From Tubulanus polymorphus (Eukaryota > Animalia > Nemertea), in the NCBI RefSeq assembly GCF_964204645.1, contig NC_134032.1:9660275-9724274 (forward strand): a DNA stretch of 64,000 nucleotides. The letters run 5' to 3'. The notes beneath the pieces were generated by a model. That model saw only the letters and a list, made by a program, of their open reading frames with translations. It did not search any database and was not told where the DNA came from. The translations under genes and the position numbers were made by a program. Numbering within the stretch: the first letter of the stretch is position 1; every line of letters begins with the position of its first letter. Positions 54,239 through 64,000 of the stretch are shown piece by piece.

Positions 54239-57200
54239 GTTTTCGCGGTCCGGCCCATAGCGCACATGTATCATAATTCGGCTGGGTAGCTTCCGAATAA
54301 TCTATCATTGGTCGCACTGATTGAATTACTGGACAGCAGCCAATCAGTCCGACAAATCGATCTCAGGAAGAGAGGAAGAGAGAGGCGGAGAGCAGCTCGG
54401 ACTGTATCACACAGAGAACGATTGTTTCGCTTTTAAATGCGACGATCCGTTGGCCATTGTCCGGCGCTGATGGCTTCTCGACGCGCGGACGAACTGGCCG
54501 GTGACCCGATCAATTTCCTCGCTATCTCCGGTACCTTTAACCGTCGGGAAATGGGCTGCGTATCGACCAGTAATGAATTGTTTTGCAGCGACGCCTGACA
54601 CAAGCACCGGACCTACGTACACCACCACCGGGCGTTTCCGAGTAGTCTGGGCATCGACCGTTCGCACGCGAGACGACCTGTTGACAACCCCCGACGCGCA
54701 GATTTCCAAGAAATTCGATCAAAACATTCATCCGCGAATAGAAAGCATTAGAAAATACGTGTTCCTGCAGTTCTAAATGCGACACGAGCTGAATCCTCTA
54801 TGACGTAAGGGAAACCCCCAACTTCCTCAATTGTGAACTGATGACAGTGTCGCCATGGCAGCGCATCAAAACATGGCACGTATCATGTGTAACAGGAGAG
54901 GAGTGACAGGGTAGCAAATAAGGGAGGATAGCCGCGGAGGAGGCTTAAGGCGTGTGGGAGGTAATGGAGAGAGGGAGAGGTAACCGAGGACCAGTGAGAG
55001 GGTCGGGACTAAAAGGGAGACTAAAGTTGTAGGAGTCGGTGGAAAGGTAGAGGGGATTTTGAAAGTGAGGGGAAGAGAAGGAAGAAGAGGCTCAATGGAG
55101 GATAAATACGTCATGAAATGCAATTTGGTACCTGCAAAACCAGCTATCCCGCCAGAAGGTCGTCCGTTGTCAGAATTAGTTCATTTTCAATGAACTATGA
55201 ACAGGATTTCAGACTCCCAAATCCATGTTTTATCACAGCGCCCACTTAATAAAGGCCTACAATACTTTCATTTATACTACTCGAATAAAGGTAAAGTTTT
55301 CATAAATAATTGATCCATTTCAGAGAAAAGTTCATTCAGTTTTAATTGAGATGTAGATAAGAAATCGAACGCGGACGACCAACTATAGTAGATATATCTA
55401 CTAGCGACACCTGGCGGATCCTCGCCTGCCACACGTGGAATCCTCGATTGCCACAGTAGCGCTGCGCGGGTACCCCGTCCCGGATTGACTTCTGCACGAT
55501 CGCGTCGTACGAAGGCGAAGCGCGTTAAGGCGAAACGAGTGTGAAAGAACGTCACTTCAAGTGCGCGGCGTGTGTGATGGAGAGCGCACGTAGAACCGGA
55601 GACTGAGAGAAGAAATTAAAAAATACGACACACAACTACAAGGTGGTTGGTGGGGATGATGATTGTGCCGTGCCTGGGGAAAATTGAAATTCACAGAAAT
55701 CGGGCGGTAAGCTGTCATAACTAGAAGATTTACACTCAACGCGAATGTGCCGTTCAGTAGACACCTGTAAACGGCCAGATATCGCGCGTCGACACCGCTC
55801 GCTCGCTATCTACCTCCCTCTCTCCATCACTGCAGCGGATAGGTTTTCGCAGAATTGTTTTGCCGTTCTATTCGCGCGCAAGGCGTTTTTGCGTCGACGA
55901 TATCGGAACGAAAACACACACGATTTTTTTTTGTCCGTTCCCAGGAATCGACGTGAAAAAAACAAAAAACGCCATCAGCGTTCCGAGCGTATACAATAAT
56001 GAATGAGTCCTTACGCCGCCATGACGTCACGACTGCTGCATCAAATCGCACACGTTTCGAGGCGTACGACGTCACCATTTCGTGCGTACAAAAAAAAATC
56101 AAAACATATTCAAATCCAAAATTCATTGTTCATTTATAATATGTTATCAATATTTTATTGATTGTCGATAAAATCGAGCGATGTGTTACTTTTAAAGGCG
56201 TCAATAAACTTTCAAGGTAATATTTTCGTTCTGTTTTCTAATTTGTCCACTCTCAACCATGTTATTTCTTTTTATGCTTACCTTTGTTGACATATTGCTA
56301 CAACGATCCTATTGTAAAAATTTATTAGAGCCAATAAAGAATTAAATTGAAATTGAAAATGAATTGTCTACGTCATCAGTTCGTGCGTGCACTACACACG
56401 GATCGATACGCCGCACTACGATGACATCACGCTTGTCGTTTGGATGCCGTTGTCGGCGCGGAGCGGATGTGTGCATGTTCGGAATCTTTAATTCCGAGTC
56501 GTGACAACATCTCCTGACAATGTCATTAAAACATACAAATCTATGATGAATTTCAACTCAATATATTATTTCTTACTTTCCATCTCTCTTTCTCTCTCGT
56601 TCTCTCTAGCTCTCTCGCTCTCTCTAGCTCTCGCTCGCCGCCTGTTCCGTGTACTGTAACCATGGAAACAGTATCGGGTGCGCGTGGCGCTGCCTGAAAG
56701 TAATATCATCTTGGTTCCCGTGTCTGAACCAGCAGCAGCGGCGGCGGCGAGAGGAGAGAAAGCGCGAGAGGGAGGGGTGAGGAGGGTTGCGATTGCGATG
56801 AAAATTATGGGCCGCAAATTACGAGATAATAGAATTATGAACTTGTTACAGCGGCCAATTTCATCGCCCGATACAGCAACAGCAGCGTACAGCGGAGGCT
56901 GGCTATGAGTAGCCACCGACGCGTGGTGAAATTCCATCAGATATATACATGTACATAATATATATACCTCAGAGGAGGTTTGTATACTGAATTATTTATG
57001 CAACACAAGTTAGACAAAACGGTCATTCGATCGGTCTGTTGTAGAAAGTACATACACCGGCCGGGATTGATTTAAAGTTTCGAGTTACAAGTCTGGGCGG
57101 CACGTAGAAAGATGAACCTTTGAAAGACTTCGAAGTTTTTGTGAAACATTATCTATGGGTCAGTAAAAGGGTATCGGTATTGCAGGAATCGATTGATTAC

Positions 57201-58234
57201 CATCGTCCTGTAAGCTTGTTATCTAAATACCTCGGCACGAGGGTCAGTTGTTGTCAACCATCTTAAGCAATGGGCACCAGGTAGTGCCGTACTGCACCAG
57301 GTAGTGCATTCCAACAGTCTCTAAGCAAACGACCCAGTATCTCGGGATATTGATAAGCTTTTGGCCATGAACCAAAACATTTGATCAACCTTTGGGCAAC
57401 CTGGGTTACATTTCAAGAATTCGGAAACAAATTGCCCTTTACGACGCTATTTATCGACTTAAGGCCACTGACACCTGAAAATCATTCCTAAGTAACCGGC
57501 AAATGTACTTAGAATCTGCTCGTCGACGTTCATCAGCACGAGGCTCGAGGACGTGTATAACCGTGTAGACACTTATTCAGAAATATATGTTTATCTACCG
57601 GTTTCCGATAGATTGGAAAATCACTGAACGACATTTCTTCAAAAACCGATCGAAAACCGGCAACAACTTAACGAACATAAAGGCCCCGATTGTCACGATG
57701 AGCTTGTTGTTGCTACATGGAGAAGAGCCGATGCCAACAACAGACAAAAACTTAACACACATACATGAGCGCACACACGGTCGCCATGGCACCGCCACGG
57801 CCGCCGCCGAACCTCTTTTTTTATAAACGCGGTATAGATAAACGCCGGAATAGGAATCCGCATTGTAGTGCGGAGGCCGAGATTTCGAGTACCCGTGCTC
57901 GGCACAACACTCGATCAGTTGACATCGAAAAGGGGTACTTATCCAGGCTGCGATCGCAGGCCGTGAGTGCGGTTCTATATACGACCGAGCGTCGTTAACC
58001 CGTACCATCGAGGGTTCTTCACGTATACGCTTACATGGAGATTAACCCGGCAGTGAGCGCTGCTGGAGAGGCTTATGACGAAGATGATCTCGAGAGATTA
58101 GCCGATAGTATACGTAAACAATAGGATAGCGACGGACTGCAGTATGTTGCAGACGAAGTTGTGGATGGTTAAAACGGGAAACACTTATACTAGGCCTAGT
58201 TTGTAATTCTGTAAATGCATGTACGCGCCAGTAG

Positions 58235-58625
58235 AATTGGTTGAAATATTCAATAGAGCGCTATCGTTGGTTGAAAACGGAGCGTCAACTGTCGGAATGG
58301 AGGTCACTGATTGGTCGAAAAGTGAAATGAATGTTAGCTTGGCTGGTCAAGCAAACGGAATGTCGTGATTGGGCAACGGTAGAATGAAGCGCGCTGATTA
58401 GTCAATCTGTAGAATCATGGATGAAGTGCACTGATTGGCCTAACTGTCAAGCGAAGAGCACTGATTGGTTTAACTATAGAATGAAGTCCAGTTATTGGTC
58501 AATCTGCATGATGAAGTGCACTGATTGGTCAAACTGTCAAACGAAAAGCAATTCTTGGTTAAACTATAGAACTATAGAAGTCCTGTGATACGTTAAACTG
58601 TGATATGGAGGGCACTGATTGGTCG
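58235..58625 (-). promoter_or_regulatory. Oriented array of CCAAT boxes (ctgattgg)
   Basis: About 10 (c)tgattgg-like cores with a period of about 29-36 bp. Confidence 0.6.
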
Positions 58626-61600
58626 AGATATCAAAAAGAAAGCATTGATAAGTTGAACGGTGGGACGCAGGAAACAAAGAATACTATAATTTGCTGACCG
58701 ATCTCTCATTCCTAAATTATTGCCTTCCCACCCCACTCCATCTCCCTCTCCCTTGCCTTTTCCCCCTGAGATCTAATATCCGCAACACACGCGCATACAT
58801 ACATGTATACATGTATATAGATAGATGTCCGCGGTAAAAGCAAGAGAGAGTGGAGAGATATTTAACTGAGTTTATTAGATTTCATCTTCAGCGCAGACAA
58901 GATATGCCCGCAGTTGATTACCATTATACAGAGCGTGAGGAATATTCGATTTATCAGTGACACGTATATGCAACGCGATGTACAGTAGATCCCAAGACTC
59001 AGTCAGAAGAACGACGGAGGTTATCCAAATGATAATAAAACCAGAATTGAATTTAAGAAAATCCAATCATTTTATATTAAATTGACATGATACAGCCTTC
59101 ATTCACTATCGACTCGGGGTTGATTTATGTAAGGGTTTTGTACAGCGTTTTAGTGTGAAATAGCTGGCGTTTGTTGTTTGATTTGCAATTAAAATGTCTC
59201 TGGTGAAATTACGAACACACGTGTGGATTATTACTTTTGAATGGGTGCGTTCACGCTAAGTTATTTAGAAAGGTCTTAATTTTGCCCATCCCCATTGTTG
59301 GTAGCCAATTCGGCAATGCGTGTGCACACTCTGATATGATCCGTTCAATGATCCGTTCCGTTTGAAATGGTCTTACTAGTGGTAGTGTAAGGGGCCGTGC
59401 ATAAAGTACGTACATTTGACTTCTGGGTATTTTTAACCCCCTCTCCCCATGTACGCTCTTTGTACGTTTTTTATAACCCCCCCTCCTTGCGAATATACTT
59501 TTATGATTGACCCCTCCTTGTAAAAGGGAATTAAAAAAGGCAAAATTCACCAGCATTCATCAGAGCTCCGACGACGATGTACCGTATTGACGAAGTGAAA
59601 GACCGAGGATGGGGAATTCCTAGGAAACCCCAACAAATATAGGGTAGATTTGTAAAAATCACATTGTATTTCGACGTCCCCTCTACTACTATTTTCAATT
59701 TAAGAATATCTCAGGTGCCGAAGCAAAGATGTCTCAGGTAAACTCCTGACAATTGCAGGGTGATGGCTACAGGTTGATTAGAACCTCTAGCACGTCGCAT
59801 TTGTGTAACCCTGGATTTATATAAGCAATAAAACAATAACCAATTGTGTTATGCAAGTGCGCGAAATACAAAAGGGTAAAGAAATAATGTACGGTCTGAT
59901 TGACAGCCAGTTATAGTTTTATCGGTAATTTTATGGTCGAATTCGCATCGACTGCGAACAGAGCTTTTGTTGTTTGATGGCGTTGAACATCGCGCATACT
60001 GACGCGTGCACCGAACACCGCACGAATCTCAGGACGAAATGTTCAGGAAGAAAATGCCAGCGCGAACCTCCGGCGAATCTAATTAGTCGGATGTGGGGCA
60101 AAATGGCGTGGGGTTTTTACTCCGGCTCGTTTCAGTATTTCACGGCATACGATTTTTAAAGCACGTGATCAGACGACCGTTTTGGTGTCTACGTCGTAAG
60201 TTTGTGATTTTGATTAAAATGAAATTCTCAACCAGGAACGAACGTAAGATGATTCGACCTAAAAGGCTATTGTTGAGACTGAGGGCAAAAAGAGATGGGA
60301 ACCGAAGAAGGTTATCAATGGAGAAAGACGGTATTGGCCGAAAAAGGATATTCAATTCAAAAGAGAGCGCAAGAGACGAACACAGTATAATTTATGACGC
60401 CGTGAATTATCGAGTACGCTATAATAATTACGATCGGATTTAACGTCCTCGGTATAATTAAATATTGCGTCTGTTGTACTCGCCGCCACCGCGGCTACAG
60501 CTACTGCTGCTATTCAATTGTTCTATTATTAAAAACGGTCCTCGCCGCGGCAATTAAAACGCGTATGACGCATCAATTAATGCGCACAATAGATTTATAT
60601 GGCAATCACAGCGTCTTCGAGCAGCGACCGATTGTGACGGGAAGCGGTGATTCATTTTGAATCTCCGGTCAAGTTCTAAATCGAGTTCAAGATCAAATAT
60701 ATTTCTCGGAAAGCATAAGACGAGCTATATACAGATATTAAAGGAGAAAAAAAAACAAACAATACAATTTACAATTTTTCCACGAGCACAATCATTAAAA
60801 GAGAGAAAAGTAGGTTTCTGTGTGGGACAAGGCTTAAGGCCGCTGTCGCAAAAGCACCTAGTAAAAGGGAAACGGAAATGAAGGAACAATGGGAATGGAA
60901 GAGAACTAATAAATTTCAAGTCTAAGGAGAGGGCATGAGTAAGCTAGAAAGTCCAGAACAAGAAGCAATTGTAGAACTATTGGTCGTAAGATTGTTGGTC
61001 CTTGAACGAGGTATCCAAGATGACCGACCAATCAGAACCAGTATACCGAGTCTTCCCAAACGTACAACGTTATCAGTCGAAAACAAAGATGGTCCCTCGA
61101 ATTTCAGGAAATCGTCTCTTATCATTGCTTATCATTGTAAAAAGACGCTTGCCTCCATTACTTGCCTATGGCGTCATCAAAAAACTTCAAATATAGCAGC
61201 CTCGATATCGCCCTGTGAAATGATTAAATTATTCCTGTCCTGTTTCGAAAATATGCCCCTCTACGTGAAGCCCACTTCGACGTGTTAAAAATGACATCAT
61301 CAAACTGCTTCTATCCCGCCGAGTAAGATGGCAGCCACCATAGATCCTCTGATGACATCGCCTCGATTATAGACCTTCTAATTCAACTTCAAGTCACCAT
61401 AATGAATAAATGATGAAATAAACATTCGGCCAAACAAACATCGATTCAAATATGTTCAACTGAATCGATATGATCTTATAACGTTATACATTAATATCCA
61501 TCGTGCATATATAAACCTAGGTACATATTCGGTTACCAATAGGAACGAAGATACAATCGAGAGAAATATGGTTAATTGTCGCATGCGTTCGTGACTTCAG

Positions 61601-64000
61601 TGTAAATAATGATTAGTAATATTAATGATGACCGATAACGTCGTTGCCGGGTAACGAATAATATCTATAATATTTGCGGTCGTCTGTTGCGTTTCGCTGC
61701 GTCGAGTTATATAAGTGACAACGCATCAACCAACAAACCGGCTGACACGACGAAATCTGAACAAATAATCATCCGCCTATGACATCGTCGTCGTCGATTA
61801 TCGCTCGTTATTCAATTCGTTAAAAGGTCCAAGGTTGGATCCAAAAATTACATAAAAATTTCATAAAGTGCGAATAATTAACTTTTGTTTCAATATCGTA
61901 TGTACATGATGTATTTATAACTTTGATACATCAACCAACTAAGAATAAGAACAGTGCTTAAAGCAAATTTAAGCCTCGGCCGCAAGATGTCTTAACATCT
62001 ATTGAAGCGGAGCTTGGAGTTACTATATTATGTTTCATTATCCTGTAATTTAAAATTCAAATATTCTATTTTCTAAAACTGATCAGTCCCCCACCTGACT
62101 CCAGTGGGTGTGATTTAGTTTGTTATGGAGCTACAACCGCTCAGCTTTTACAGCAAATAAACTTGAGATAAAAAAAAAAGAGTCGCATGCGGAAAGCGGA
62201 TGTTTAACTTCGTTCATCTCATTATGACGTCATCATCAACACCGTAAATCTCATTTTGACGACGTCACCATCGCATTGCTCACATATTATGTTAAAGAGA
62301 AGATGGCCGGCTGGCTCCGTAAAAATATGATATAAAAAAATTCAATGGTTACTTGCAGAATAAGACGACTGCCTTCATGAATTTCGTTATGCATCATACA
62401 TAGACACTTCAGGAAAAGATGGCTGCACCCATAATGTCCCAATGGCATCATCAAACGACACTTACAACTCGCCAAGAAGATATGGCCGCCTCCGTTTACC
62501 AAGACATGTCAGGGATAGTCCTACAGTTCCCACTTTTAAAAATAGGTTAAAAACTTTCATGTTTCCTAATGCTTTTATTCTTTAGCATGCTACAGTGTTT
62601 TAGGTTGGGGTAGGAATTAGTGTTTTATGTAAAGCGCAATAGGTCTTTTTTTAGAAAATAGCGCTATATAAAAGCATATTTAATTATCATTATTATCATT
62701 ATTAATATCATCATCATTACAATTATTATTATTATCATTATCAAACGCCCCATGACATCAACAATTTATACTCATAGATTCTTCTAGAAATGATTACTTT
62801 CTCAATGATTCTCTAAATAACAACAACAAATTGCTAGATCGTTTTAGAAACTATCGGAGCAATGAGTGCCATCTTCTCCTGAGAGGTCCAAACCCACTTG
62901 GATTGACCGGAACAGGATTTCCATTGGAGCTTTTGGTAATGCCAGCGTACCTCTAGATGTTGAAAATGCAGTAATAACTTAGGGGGAAGCGACCTTAGGT
63001 ATCATCTTAGTTACTTAAATGTAAAAGCAAGAGAATGCTCTATCCCAAGATCGGCAACTTAATTAGATGAACATGAGCACTTTCAACTTGAGTTTTAGAC
63101 TAATGTAAAAAAAAGTTGTTTTGGACTTGCAGATCTAGACTTGAAGAAGCAAAACCTTCAATATCCCCATCGCAAAGTTCCCTGAATGTAAGAGTATTCG
63201 GAATAACTAAAATGCAAATAAACGCGTTTAGCAAAAGAATCCGAATATCATTAGGCATCCCAACTCACGAAGGCACGTTCACTACTAGCCATTATCCGCT
63301 CGACAGAATCAACAAACCGGTCTATCGGATTCTACTCGGTCGGTTGGGGGTTACTGCCTCGTGGCGCTGAGTTACCGCAGACCGTGTTAGTTCTACAGGT
63401 AAACAAACACATTCATAGTAATGCAGAGCGCTGTTTACTAGCACCGCGTACAATCCGGCATCAATCTATAGATTACATGTGTTCACGTCAATTTTTACGA
63501 GGCGATTATTTCATTCCTTATCTGTTATCGGGGTGACTTCTTTATTCGTTTCCGACGCCGCAATGATGAATGTATCTTCAGCAAATTGTCAGACAAGGAA
63601 GCTCATCGTAGTTCAAATAGTTGAACGAATTCTTGCCACTACGTCGGCATTAGGTAGCCTATCGAATTCAACGAACCCAACCTACCACATTTCATAATAA
63701 CGACGAAATTGTAATGATTATTTTTACCCTCCACCCACTGAGCGCCACGCGGGACATTAGTAATTGTTGTAATGACTATGGCTCTTGTAATTCGGAGACG
63801 TTCCCATTCGGAGATTGGACACCTCCAACAAGTATAAAAACGTATGGATGAATTCATATCAAAATGGATCCATTTGACATCCTTTAATGAGGTCCCAGAT
63901 TCGTTGAACAGACGTAACAGCCTTCACAATCCAAATGACTTGATCAAAAGCGAAAATTATGATTATTCACTAATGACGAACTCCACATGCTCGATGACCT

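Noticed and set aside
57765-58125. Protein-like + strand stretch (MEINPAVSAAGEAYDEDDLERLADSIRKQ)
   Set aside because: Short, interrupted by stops, no recognisable family; may be a decayed TE but unsupported.

Overview
Animal (invertebrate, probably bilaterian) nuclear DNA: AT-rich, CpG not obviously depleted, GT-AG spliced genes, long (TA)n microsatellites and many short non-autonomous DNA transposons. No prokaryotic features, CRISPR, rRNA or intact tRNA gene. Three protein-coding genes can be built. (1) A + strand gene (about 280-1050) for a small type-I membrane protein with one fibronectin type III domain. (2) A six-exon - strand gene, join(10697-10906, 10027-10165, 8991-9460, 8324-8451, 7563-7868, 5714-6164), 567 aa. 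It encodes a DRE-TIM metallolyase-like barrel (2-isopropylmalate/homocitrate synthase-like) fused to a C-terminal EF-hand pair with a CxxC; this is the most unusual item. (3) The 3' part of a large - strand Shaw/Kv3 potassium channel gene: the S1-S6 exon at 45713-46622 plus three in-phase tail exons I reconstructed at 28252-28398, 23730-23834 and 20428-20594. I did not find the T1 exon in the window. The introns hold several MITE families: TWA-TSD Harbinger-like, hAT-like, a 6-bp-TSD family packed with TTTTGGCGC sites, and CATCC-ended foldback elements, one type with tRNA/B-box-like arms. They also hold minisatellites, a perfect 41-bp hairpin, oriented CCAAT arrays and many CTCF-like and CRE motifs. 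All family assignments come from motif recognition by eye, not database searches.
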